In this document: positions 1 through 48,101 of the stretch, one piece after another
Numbering within the stretch: position 1 is the first letter of the stretch
How the letters are laid out: the number at the start of each line of letters is the position of its first letter
Assembly: GCA_963693365.1 (NCBI GenBank)
Contig: CAVNZM010000008.1
Span: 7,512,830 to 7,576,829, forward strand
Source: Amoebidium appalachense
Taxonomy: Eukaryota; Protista; Ichthyosporea
Direction of reading: 5' to 3'
DNA length: 64,000 nucleotides
The notes under the pieces: model-generated
Told to the model about the DNA's origin: nothing
What the model saw: the letters and a program-made list of their open reading frames with translations, nothing else
The model's database searches: none
Position numbers and translations under genes: made by a program

Positions 1-441
1 TCTCGCCATTGACCGACGTAGGTTTCGCGATAACTGACCACTTACAACGGTGATCCTTCTGTACTGATTTTGATCCATATATGCAACCAAACTGAACCAT
101 TTCGCGCCCCTCCTTGGTTTCTGTGTGTGGTTTTACGGCAAAAACCAGGCTCGGATTGGTGGGATGTAGAGCATGAGTTTTCACATGTCGCTCAAAACTG
201 GGTAGGTCGTTGAACTCCTGATTGAGGTACAAAACACTCTGGTCTATTGGGACAGCGTATGTCTGCGGTGCACGTGTAAGAGGTTCTTCGCCATCCTCAG
301 ACTCAGAGTCCCACACAGTTTGAAGCACGTCTTCCCCTATGTGTAAGGACCCGAGTTAGCACATTTGCACAACTACAAAAAAAAAAAACGTGCACAACCT
401 GCTGCCTTTTTAGACTGACCAAAAGTCGCGTTGGGTGCCAT
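1..441 (-). CDS. Mutator-like (MULE/MuDR) transposase, N-terminal part; runs off the left edge
   Basis: Hand-spliced: exon 441-399 (MAPNATFGQSKKAA), 62-nt GT..GCTAAC..TAG intron (398-337), exon 336-1 open to the edge: GEDVLQ...LYLNQEFNDLPSFERHVKTHALHP...VFAVK...VQFGCIYG...HRCKWSVIAKP. The pattern L..xxF....F...V..xA....F...C...C.W.V.A resembles the MuDR/FAR1 (WRKY-GCM1-like) N-terminal DNA-binding domain. Absent from the ORF track. Confidence 0.7.
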
Positions 442-1376
442 ATTGTTGCTACTAGTTGGGACGAAACGGTACACTGGTTTCACGTACACCACAAAGTCTG
501 CGCGCCACTGCCATGTTGTGAGAACGACCGTCTGCTGAGTGGCTTACGTTGGCGCCTGAAATAAGGTGTACCAATCATTTGCAAGAGTTTGGACTATGTT
601 CATTGGTTGTAGCTCAGGTGTAAGTGTAGGCGGCGGGCTAGGTAAGAACCGGTTCGGTTCAGAAGTGAAACTGTTCAGGTGACCCGATAATTCTGGGTCG
701 AATCAAAGAAATTCTCAAATTTGTTCGGGTCAAAACTCAAAATGATCATCTTCCTTACGTTGCAAAAAATACGTAAGCTATCACCTTTCGTTGATTCGTC
801 ATAAGTCATGCATAATCAAAAACGCTGTTAAATGCTTGTGATTGGCTGAGGTGAAGACGTAAGGGCAATGATTGGCCGTGAAGAGAGCACTTTTAAAGAT
901 TGAGATAAAATGGTTTTAAAATGTATATCACATTTGTAGATTGCCGTGACGCATAGTTTAGAATATAGAAAAGAGTCACCTCTTTGTTTTAAACCCTGTT
1001 ATAACCTCACAATACTACTGGATGGTGTCATACACCCAGGTGTTCCACTGGACCTGTGTGAACGGCTCGCCGCCGGGGGCTCGTCGGCCGTTGGTATGCG
1101 GTCAAATTCCTCGTATCAGTTCAACGATCTGTGTGATTAGACCTGGCCGGGCCCATCGCCACCCCGACGAGCCTGTCGGCCATAAAATGAGGTGTCGATT
1201 TCCATCCCGTCAGGGCTCGTCGCCAGTTAACGCTGATTGGCTAAAAGTTTTGGCGCGCTTAACATTGATTGGCTGTTTTTGGCGGCAGAGTTCACGCAGC
1301 CTTCATAAAGCAGCGACGCTGGCGGTTGAGGTCAGTTTGCATCGCCCGTTTTTCCAAATAACACGACACCGCAAAC

Positions 1377-2153
1377 ATGAGTCAGCCTCAGTACACTGCA
1401 CCCCAGCTTCGTGCCATTATTACGAGCGCAGCTGGGTATGACGGTTGGGTGGAGGAGCTGGCCCGTCTGGCTCGTGACCATGGCCTCTTTGACGGTCTGG
1501 TGGATGAGAATGGGCTCCCCCGGCGTGCTAGGTTGGAGGGGTGGCACAACGAGCTTCAAACCTACACTAATGAGCAGCGCTTGGACTTGAACGAGTCCCT
1601 CAGGAAGGTACGAGGAATGTTATAGCAGGACCCAGCCCCTCCCCCCTTTTTTCTCCATTGAGGCCCCCCCCCCCCACCCTTCCCCTATCCCCCCTTCCCC
1701 CCCCTTCCCCCATTACACACACACCCCGTTCTTTATGGGTTTTCTGTTTGAATGTTTTTTTCGTTTTTGGTTTTGGCTTTATTGCTCCTTTGTTTCTCAC
1801 TCTTTTTTAACTCTACTCAACTACAACACGCACGACAAACAGGTGCTGCATGTCCCGTTTCCCATCGTTCCACCCTTTTGTACCTTGGCCCCCTTTCCCC
1901 CTCCTCCCCCTCCCCCCTTTTTCTACCTTTTTGACACACCCTCCCTTCGTCCGTCCCTCCCCACCCTCTCGTTCCCCTTCCCAAACAACTCCTACCCCAC
2001 CCAACCGTTACAGCTTCCAACTTCCACCACTTTATTGACTCATCGATACTTTCTGCACAGGTTTTCGAGCATTTCTTGAACACACAGACGGAGGATGAGC
2101 CAGACGTTGTTCGGAGAATTCGACAGCTGTCTTGGTCTGAGATTCTGAGGTAG
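1377..2153 (+). CDS. Small helical orphan protein (~107 aa), divergent from the transposase; may extend past an in-frame TAG
   Basis: Exon 1377-1607 (MSQPQ...NESLRK, donor GTACGA) joins in phase to exon 2061-2153 after ...TTGACTCAT...CTGCACAG (VFEHFLNTQTEDEPDVVRRIRQLSWSEILR*). Sequence is non-repetitive and coding-like; no family recognised. Confidence 0.6.
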
Positions 2154-2481
2154 CTGGAGGCTTCTGCCCCCGAGGAACACAACGGGGGGTCTTTCATACC
2201 CGACCACTACCAGCTGGGTTGCATCGTCAAGGTTATCCTCGGCAAACGTAAGTAACTGCTGTTCTATCTGCAAATGCTTACCAGGTCCGACAGCCACGGT
2301 GTTTACATCAAAAGGAGTTGTTTTCAAAATCTATATGGGAGAGAAAAGGGGGGAGGGGAACGGGCTGGGCAGGCATTGAGGGGGTGTCGGGGGGGGGGGG
2401 GGGGGGATCTTGAGGGGGGGGGGGGGGGGGGGGGTTTCCCTTTTTTTGTGTGTTTTTGGTGTGTGTGTTTGTGTGTGTGGG

Positions 2482-2545
<64 letters not shown>

Positions 2546-3752
2546 GGGGCACTTACCGTCCTCATACAGGTTTCTCAGAAAAAGAGCCTTGAGGCGCTTG
2601 CCTCCCCAATTGGTCCACTCAAACTGCCTAGCAGGAAAAGTTGACGGCCAGTGCTCTTGCCCGGGGTGCTTTGTCAACCAATCAGATAAATGTGGCTCAC
2701 AGGGGTTGAATTACGACTCAGAATTGTCGTATTTAAAGGAGGACCCCCCAATAAGACATAAAAGGGGCATTCCATTAGTAAATACGACCGTGAAGGGGGT
2801 CCAAAATCCCCGGATTTTGCCCAAATACAACTAAAATCGTCCGAGCCCTACAACCATTGGTGGCCCAAAACAAAAACAATAAATGATTGGATGGATTAGT
2901 TCATAACCGTATTTGTATAACGTCCATTATTCCGATTGGCTGCAGACGATGGGCATGATTCGCGGGGGAACCGCCCTGGGTACAAAAGGCAACTTCTCGT
3001 TCACGTTGAAACACACACAAAAAAAACGAAACAAACGAAAAATAGACCATAAATAGTCGCGACCAAGACCTTTTCTTCTCTTCCGGTAAGTTTAGCACGC
3101 GCAGACATAAAGCTTCCTCTTCAGATGAACTTGCAGGGGAAGAGGTGGTGGGCGGTTCCTGTGCATGCCGCAAGACTCCGGTTGCAATGGCACGATTGGA
3201 GACTCATAAACACGAGGCCTAAAGAAAAGAAAACCTACACATGGTAGCTGAATGAGACACGACCAGCTTAGCCATCAGCGGTTCAGTAAGCAGAAGCTGT
3301 TTTAGCCGAGGACCCGAAAAGGAGCGTTTTCTAACATTTCATTCTAATACCGTCTTCCACCACTTTTTGCTCCCCTCCATTCTCCTCTCCTCCCAGTTTC
3401 CATACAGTGTTAAATACCTTGCAGCAACTTCCCCCATAACCCTCCCCCCCCTCCCCCTCCGCCCGCTCCCGGACAAAGAAAAGAAAGAGCAAATACAACA
3501 GAAAAAAACTACAACCTTTCTCATCCTCCATCTGGTTTATCCTTCCCTCATTCTGTTCCCTTCTCCTTAGCAAGCTGCAACCTGCTTTCACATAGGAGAC
3601 TTGCCTTCTCTTGCCATATCTATACAACCCACCTTTTTACCCTCAAAAATACCTTATAACCTCTGCCAGACGCCCAAAAAACACATACCCACGTGCCTTC
3701 CTCCCCGGTCCTCACCCCCCCCTCCCCCTCCCCTCTCCCCACAATCACGCGG

Positions 3753-3809
<57 letters not shown>

Positions 3810-3997
3810 GCACATACGACACACAAAGCACACGCACACACACACACACAACAGACATGCCCACCCCCACCCCCTCCCCCGCCCCCTGCCCCTTCCCCCG
3901 CTGCCCTTCCCCCCCCCCTCTCCCCCCCCCACCACACCCACACACACCCACACACATACACACACACCTCACACACACACACACACACACAGCCACC

Positions 3998-6414
<2,417 letters not shown>

Positions 6415-6755
6415 AATATAAAATTCTAGTCTTTGAATTTTAATTGGGAGAGGGGTTTCAACACGGCGACTTGGAATATAGTGGGTACATATAAGGGCAA
6501 CAATTGCTATAAGCAAGTATGGAAACGGGCCAACATGGGTTTTTTTAAACAAAGATCGATTTCTTTTTTGTATATAAGCTAAGTTAACATGGCTGCTTCC
6601 TGGTCTTGGAACCAGTGAAGCTTTTCTTGTCCAAATTAGGCTAATGCCATGTATGGTAAATCTCTGCCTAACCTCTTTAGGCCTGTGGGCTGGCCCCAGG
6701 CAATAAAGTTATAACTGAAACTGACAGACATATCCCACCTCGTGGCCCCCCCCCC

Positions 6756-6789
<34 letters not shown>

Positions 6790-7272
6790 CTCCTTCCCTC
6801 CCTCCCTCCCTCCTTTCCTCCCTCCCTCCCTCACAAAAATGTAACGCCCCATTGTGTTGGATGATGTCCGTCATGGATGCGCATTTCGTATTCGATAGCC
6901 ATCTAACCACTTCGTAGCATCCCCCCCTCCCCCCCCCCCCCCCCCCCCCGGGGCCCCCCACACACACACCTGACATGATACCATGCGCTTCATGGACTAT
7001 ATATATTGCCAGTGCCGAGCTTCTACAAACGAGAACACACTACGTATAGATTTTATATACGTAGGCAGAACAATCGTACATTTGGGATCACACGTCTATA
7101 TGCATATGACCTTCAATACATTTCTCATTTAAAACGCAATATTGGCTCTGCCGCGCCGGTGTTCTTTAACCGTTTCTTTTTCTTCCTTCCTTTCTTCTTT
7201 TTTCTTTACTTCTTTTTTTTTTTTTTTTTTTTGGTGGGTGGTCCGCGTGATGGTGGTGGTGGTGGTGATAGT

Positions 7273-7316
<44 letters not shown>

Positions 7317-7940
7317 CTCTTTTTAACAAGTACACGACTTGCAATAAGTTGTGTCATTGCAAAAGTGTCGCCAGTCATTTCAGTCTGGCTATCGACCAGT
7401 CAGCTCTGGTGTGAAGGTTTTGCTCCGCATATATATATTAAAACTCCTGAGGCTCGGTCTTAAGGTTCTTGTGATATAGATTTTTCATTCTTTTTAGTTA
7501 TCATGACATTATTGGTTTTGTAACTCCCCCCCCCCCCCCCCCCCCCCCCCCTTCCCCCCGTAAGCCCCCCCCCCCCCCACCCCCTCCCCCCACCCCCCGC
7601 CCCGCCCGCCCACCGCCCCCGCCCATCCCACCCCAATGCGTTTACTTGTTGTACATATAATGGTTTTACTTTTTTTATCCAAATACTATATACTATACTA
7701 TTACTGACATCATCATATCATCATAATCAATTTATCAGCCCGGTATAAAATTTAACCTTTTGGACATTAGTTTTAGGAAAAGATTATCTACGCCACTCAT
7801 CCCTACTCCCCCCTCCCCGCTTCCCCGCTTCCCCCCACCCCCACCCCCTCCTAACACACGCACGGATGCGTTTTCCCTCCCTCGTTGATGACCCTTTCCC
7901 CCATATGGAGGTACGCTGTGTTCGTGTAGCTGGTGCAGTC

Positions 7941-14222
<6,282 letters not shown>

Positions 14223-15654
14223 GATGGTGGAGACTCTGTAGATTTATCTCAGGGGAAGAATGCACGTGCCCTTCTTTCTGTGACAAGGAAAACCCTGTCT
14301 CAAGACGCTGTTTGTTTTGGGTTTTTCAACTGTCTTTTTCTACAATGCGGTGTGTAAGTGGGTATCGGACCTGCAATACTATTAGGAGCTCAAGTAGTAC
14401 CAAGCTTATAGCATCTGCCTATGGCGAAAGACATGATGGGAGGAATGTGAGATGACAAGGTGATGTATTCTGTTTGATGAAAGGCCCAGATGTAGATGTA
14501 CCAAGATTTCAGCATTTTCAAGGGGATTTGAAAGGGGGATAGAGGCGTTGGGAGGGCGAGGGGGGGGGGGGGGGGAGGGGGGGTGGAGGGTGGATGCACG
14601 TGGGGGATGGGTGTGTGATGGGTGTGTGTATGTGTGTGTGGGGGGGAAGGGGAGGGGGAGGGGGGGGGGGGGGGGGGGAGGGGGGGAGGGGATCGGGAGC
14701 GTGGACGGGGGAAGCCGGCGCCAAGCATGAAACGTGGAAAGGCGAAGCGAAGGAACTTATGAGTAGGTCTTCGTGTGTAGGCGTGCGTGTGTGCGTGTGT
14801 GTATTGAGAGTGTGTGTGTGTCCCTGTGTGTGTGTGGGTCGTGCGTGCGAGCATATGTGTCACCAGGTGGATGGGTGCGTGCGTGTGCACGGTGCTTGCG
14901 TGCATTGGCCTTGTCGTGAGTGCTAGAAGAAGAAGGGTGGGGTATGGCTGTGTATGTGGCGCGGGCCGGGGGAAGGGGGGGGGGGGTGGGGGGGGGGGGG
15001 AAGGGGGAGGGGGGAGGGGGGGGGGGGGGGGGGGGGGTTACCCGATGGGCAAAGTGCAGTCGAAACCTTTCCAAAATACTGTCAGTTTCTCTGTTTTCGA
15101 ATTCCCTGCCAGCCTGCATGAACAAAGGTGAGAAAACAAAAAAAAACGGCTGATATGATGAGCCACAGACGGTTCATTGGCGCCCTCGGTGATGAATAGT
15201 CCACGGATAGTGACGTAATAAGTCTCAATTAATTGATATGGCCTGACGGGGTAAACAGAGACAGACAGAAGAGGACTTTAGACTATTCAGAGACCCAGAG
15301 CGAAGTAAATCCTGAAGCTTGACTCTGAGTCATTTCTGGTGCCTGACACGCTGTCGCACAAGTCAGAGACTCAGAGTCGCACGTACACAATACATAAATA
15401 AGTATGTGTATGATGAAATAATAATATAAAGAAATTGCATCAATAAAGTTAGAATCAACTTTTTTTTGAATATATGTGATTGTTGTGGCACTTTGGCAGC
15501 TGAGCCTCAAACCATTGACATTTTAATAACTATTAAATACAATTTGCCCTCCTTATCTTTACATTGTTTGATTCGTTCAAATTGCATCAATGACGTCACA
15601 AACAATGTGTGCGCATTGAACAAGCACACGGTGTTCTAGCCTCTCACGTGTGCC

Positions 15655-15700
15655 GCGCAGCCTTTCCACAGCCTAACGCGCAGCCTTTCCACAGCCTAAC
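15655..15700. repeat. Perfect 23-bp tandem duplication in the divergent AKR/URB2 promoter region
   Basis: GCGCAGCCTTTCCACAGCCTAAC x2, ~250 bp upstream of the URB2 ATG; a TGACGTCA (CRE-like) palindrome lies at 15591-15598. Confidence 0.8.
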
Positions 15701-15942
15701 GGACACTTTGTTTGCTAATATTTACATGCTCCCTTCTAGAGATCCTAATCATCCTAATCATCATACCCAGTACTATTTCGAATATTCGAAGTTAACGGTG
15801 TTGTTACTTTAATGCTCATAGAACAAACAATGTTACATAATTAGTTGGAAACGGCTTACCAATCCCTGGGCTGGGTGGCTCGCCGTTTGATGACTGATCA
15901 TCACCGTTGGTTTTTGTCGTGAGAGAAGAATTGGGCAGCAAG

Positions 15943-42842
<26,900 letters not shown>

Positions 42843-43511
42843 ATGGGTGGGAGATACATCTTGGTCGGAGACCGAAATCCCATTTTAACTGTACCGGAAA
42901 ACCTGCCTCAGAAGATACCTGTTGTGGGGGACGTGCCCTGGTCAGAAACAGGAATCCGATTTCAATTGTATCGGAGAACACTTTGTGTTAGCCATCGGCA
43001 GAACAAACTACACCGGAACCGCACGTCTATCCTCAATTATTTATTAATATCTTGCATATCTATACATGTCTGCATGCGCAGGGATTTTCTTTATTTATAT
43101 CTCTTGGATATGCATTTTTGTGAATATTGCCTAGTCTCCGGGAATATGTACGATTCCTTGGCATAATTTACGGATAAAACGACCGGATGGCACTTGTTTG
43201 TGCTCGTTTTGGCAACTCCGATGACGTATGAATTGATGCAATAAAGTTGATATATTGGCATGAGATATATCAATTCAGGAAGTGGGATGTCGAGACGTTA
43301 TGTACGAGGAGACATTTTGATGTGATATATTGGGATGTATTCCTGTTGAGATATGAATCATTGAGGTTTATGATAAAGAGGAAAATGATTTTTTTCCGAT
43401 CACTACGGATTCAAAAAGACTTGACCTTAGACGGAAAAGGACAAACACGTCCATTCACACATGCACACACACACACGCCCATGCAATCACGCGCGCACGC
43501 ACACACGTGCG

Positions 43512-43639
<128 letters not shown>

Positions 43640-43910
43640 AACACACAAACACGCGCGCGATTGCACGGTTGCACAGTTGCACGCATGCAAAAACACACAA
43701 AGCGACATACGCCAAACCCACAGGGCGTGCCAAAGATTTTCTTAGCCGTGCCAACAACAGCTTTCACTCATTTTTGTGGATTAGACCCCAATCACTTTTG
43801 GGCCGGATGGGGTGTGGTTGTGTGTGATGGTTGTTGGGGGGCCCTGGGGCCCCCGGGAAGGGGATGGGGGGGGGGGGGGGGGGGGGGAGGTTTGTGTACA
43901 CGTGCGTGCG

Positions 43911-43943
<33 letters not shown>

Positions 43944-44171
43944 CTGGGGGGGGGGGGGGGGGGGGGGAGGGGGGGATGGTTAAGGGGCTGGTGCATTTTG
44001 TAGTTTATCATAGGCTATCATGACTGTGTGTATGCGTGTGTAGCTATATATATACTGTACATGCATGTTTGAATGGGTGGCTAGAGGTGGTGGTGGTGGT
44101 GGTGGTGTGTGGGTCCAGGTGTGGTGGTGGTAAAGGAGAGGGTCGGAGCGAGTGGGCCTCGGGGGCATGAT

Positions 44172-44203
<32 letters not shown>

Positions 44204-44888
44204 AGTTCTTATACATGTATATTCAATGGAGGGAGTCTCCGGACTGGACTGCAGTAAGTGCATACGAGTTTCATTTTTGAACCTTACAACCCGTTTTGAA
44301 CTATTACGGCGGGATGATGTGATAGAATAATTCGAGGTAAAGTTACATGTTAAGATATTTACAAGGTAGTGACATGACAGGTAATCATTTATGTACGAGG
44401 TTAAGTAAACAACATTAATTATGCTGATACCAGATTTGTGAAATGGGACAATGGGAAAAGTGTAACTCTATTTCGATTAAATGTGGCACTACGTACCGCA
44501 GTACTGGGGGTATGTTTTCCCTGCATATATACGCCGGTCTGAGATGGTTAAGCGGATAAGATATCGATACAAACGTCAAGACACCGCCTAATCAGAATCA
44601 CGGATTAATATTAAAACTATAAATCTTCAACTTACAAACCATCTAGCTACAACACCACTATGTCATCAAACCACTGTACAACGAATATCACCCATCACGC
44701 ATGCCATTAATCGATCATGATTAGATAGCTACTAAAGACCTTCCAGCAAATTCAGCATAATATTTACACTGAAATATATATACTTCTCATGATGTTTGAA
44801 TCTAGTGTGCTAGGAAGACCGAAGTTCAGTTTTCAACAGATCCAGAGATTGAAGTTGGGGGGGGGGGGGGGGGGAGGGGGGGGGGGGG

Positions 44889-44919
<31 letters not shown>

Positions 44920-45016
44920 CAAGAGAGGGGGGGGGGGGGGGGGGAGGAAGAAAGAAAAAGAGAGACATGAAGAGCTAGAGGTGACGGGAGTGAGGAAACA
45001 CACACAAACACACACA

Positions 45017-45092
<76 letters not shown>

Positions 45093-45142
45093 AGAGAGGT
45101 GATACGAGAGTGGTGTGTGTGTGTGTGGTGGTGGTGGTGGAG

Positions 45143-45177
<35 letters not shown>

Positions 45178-45535
45178 TGACGTGTGCGCGTGTGCGCGTG
45201 CGTGTGTACATGTGTGTATATGTGTGTACATACGTGTATGTGAGTGTGTGTGTGTGTTTGTGTGTTGGTGAGGGGCATGCGTGAGAAGAAATAACAACAA
45301 ATCACGCCATTTCAGCCTTCAAACAAAAAGTCAAAAAGGCTCGAATCACTATTTGTTCTTGCCTATGTTTCAATCATCAACAACAGCACTATAGCTTTGT
45401 AATACTAACACGACCAGTGTACAATAAAACTAAAAATAAAAGCTAAAAAAATTAGCATTCATGTAGCAAGAAGCTCCGCTATTTGAATAAGAGGCCAGAC
45501 CATGGCCAAATTCACTTTCCCTTTATCCCTTAGTT

Positions 45536-46147
45536 TCATTGGTCGGCCGTGTCGTCGGTATTCGAATCGGTATGCTTTGCCGGCAAAACGGCCTGTGGTG
45601 ATTGGTTCGGTTCCGTGTCGACGGTATGTGATTCCGCGCCATTCGGGAGATTTAATTGGCCGACATGAACAGTTCCTTCGTGAATGGTCCAGTAGGGGGT
45701 GGTGGTCACGTGACCTCGGCTATTGGCCTCCTGTGAAACACGTGATTGTTAGCCAATCAGTGACATCGTGTAGGGCCTGTTTTGCACAACCCACATGGTT
45801 TCAGCCATCCGTCGAGCATGCTTAGCTCCTCCCCCCCCCCTCCACCACCCCCAAAACACACACACATACACATACACCACCACCATCACCACCACACACA
45901 ACACCTTACACACACTCACACACACACATACACTGACCTTCACCTGCCCGTACGCACACACACACGGACGCTCACACACACACAATGTAATGCCATACAT
46001 GTGCACCCACCCGCACACACAGAGAGAAAGTACTCAAACTCTCACACACACACACTCAACCGTCGCCGCAATTACGGCCACAACCACCTGGGCTCTTGGA
46101 GGTTTACCCCCCTCCTCCGCTCCCCCCAAAAAAAAGAAAAAAGAAAA

Positions 46148-46183
<36 letters not shown>

Positions 46184-46250
46184 AATAAAAAAATAAGGGG
46201 TGGAGTAGGAAGAAGACAAAGAATAATAAGAAGGGGATTGCCCCCTTCCC

Positions 46251-46289
<39 letters not shown>

Positions 46290-48101
46290 CCCCCCAACCA
46301 CCACCACCACCAAAAAAAAAAAAAAAAAAAAAAAAAGGTGGGGTTCACTTAACAAGTTCTTCAATCCAACTTGTGCCAAGACAAAAAAGAGGGTTTACAC
46401 TTGTGAGATACTGCGATTTCATTGGCCCACAATAAATATTATGGCACCACTCCAAGCCATTTCTTCAGGAAAAACATAAAATTACCGATCAACTATAGTT
46501 TTAAGGAAAAACAATACACATAACAGGCATATACTGAGACAGATAAAGACACATACCGTAGGCTGCGGCGTAGCACCTCCTTTTGGTGTGGGGTGAAGCG
46601 ACCAGTTGAGAAGTCGGCGGGCGGTGACATAAGACACCCCCCTCACTTCGGGAAGCTTGCCCACCTCCCATCTCGCCTGTATCATTTGCGTAAAAAACGT
46701 GTCCAAAAGTTGTAGCGAGACGATAAACCGTACGATGGACGCCCACCCTGCGGACCCCGTTATGACGTGGTGGGGGTGTAAATATGCAAAGAGAATGAGA
46801 AGCCCAAACCCGGTTTCCACCATAATGATAAACCGGAAATTGCAGGAAAAGTCGTTGAACTGTAGCGACGCCGTCCGCGCCCTGAACATGTAGTACATGA
46901 ACACGAGCCCGTACACGAACCCGTAAACTAGCGCAGGGGTCACTGCCAAGTAATAGAAGTTAGGGTTGTACGCCGAAGACAGAAACCAATACAAATGGCC
47001 GCAGCCTGAAGAAGCACACCCCAAAACCGTCGCCGTAACCAAAAACACAATCGGGGACTTGGATGTTCTTGGACTTTCCATGACACCGGGCGATGAAAAA
47101 ACTTCGGCTATCATACGTTGACGCATAAGGATGACGGAGAGGAAAAACGGTACGGTCAAAGACATCAAAGCAAACGCGGAGAATATGTACACGCCGGACT
47201 TATGCACCTCGTGGGCGAGAACCTCTGGCTGCGCGTAGTCTGCGTTCAAAGGGAACTCGCCGAAACGAAGAAGTGTCGACGCGGAAACAAATATGGTCAC
47301 CAGCTCGCAAATTATGGCGCCAACGAATATCAAACAGAGGTAGAGAATTCCTCGCGAGGGCACAGCCGGGTGTGTTCTGTTTCGGTATACGACGGCCGCG
47401 ACGCACAGCGTGGTCAGGAGGGCGGCGGACGCGTATATCATCTCGTACATAAACAGCGCGGACCCAAATTCCTGCTCTCGTTTGATGACTTTTACAAACG
47501 TATTCACCTCCAAAGTAAGGTTTTTTTGCGCCTCCGCCAATAATTGCGAAGTACCGTTTGCACCGCCGTTACCCATTGCCGAAATTACCCGCGCCTGTGC
47601 GGCTTCGACGTGCTGCGCCTGAAAGATAACAACCCTATGGGGGGCGATAGGCGTGACGCTCTAACACAGCAGCAAGAACGACAACTCCACGGCCACGGCC
47701 ACAACCAGAGCCACAAAATGCGCGAGGAAAGTCTGTTTCAAGTACGTTCGGAGCTGCCGTTTTCGCCTTTTGTTGTAAATTTTCGCCGCCGCCTCCAACC
47801 TCTTCTGCGCGGGTACATGTGCCTGGCCGGCCTCCTGCGTGACCAACTCTGCGTGCAGGCCGTAACGCCGCGGCTGTGTGTGATTTTCATTTGGGGGGCT
47901 GAGTCTTACTGTCAGCCTACTACTACCCCTCCTCGCACCTATAATACTGGGGTCCGACAAATCAGGCTCGTCGTGATCATCGTGTTCATCCCTGTCCTGG
48001 CCACTAGTTAGACTTGGGAGGTGCAGTGCCGTGATGTGTTCAGAGACTACCTTGTCCGGGCCCTTTGCCTTGAAGCTCTGGCCCGTCGGCGGCACATCCA
48101 T
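45536..48101 (-). CDS. Multi-pass (7TM-like, class C / 7TM-RGS-type) membrane protein; one in-frame TAG, possibly a pseudogene
   Basis: ORFs 48101-47661 and 47576-46482 are in the same frame, separated by a single TAG at 47663-47661. About 8 hydrophobic segments; VVYRNRTHPAVPSRGILYLCLIFVGA resembles the R.HP.IK.R intracellular loop 1 of class-C-like/RGS-associated 7TM proteins. Putative donor ~46556 and last exon 45730-45536 after GCTAAC..CACAG. Confidence 0.6.
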
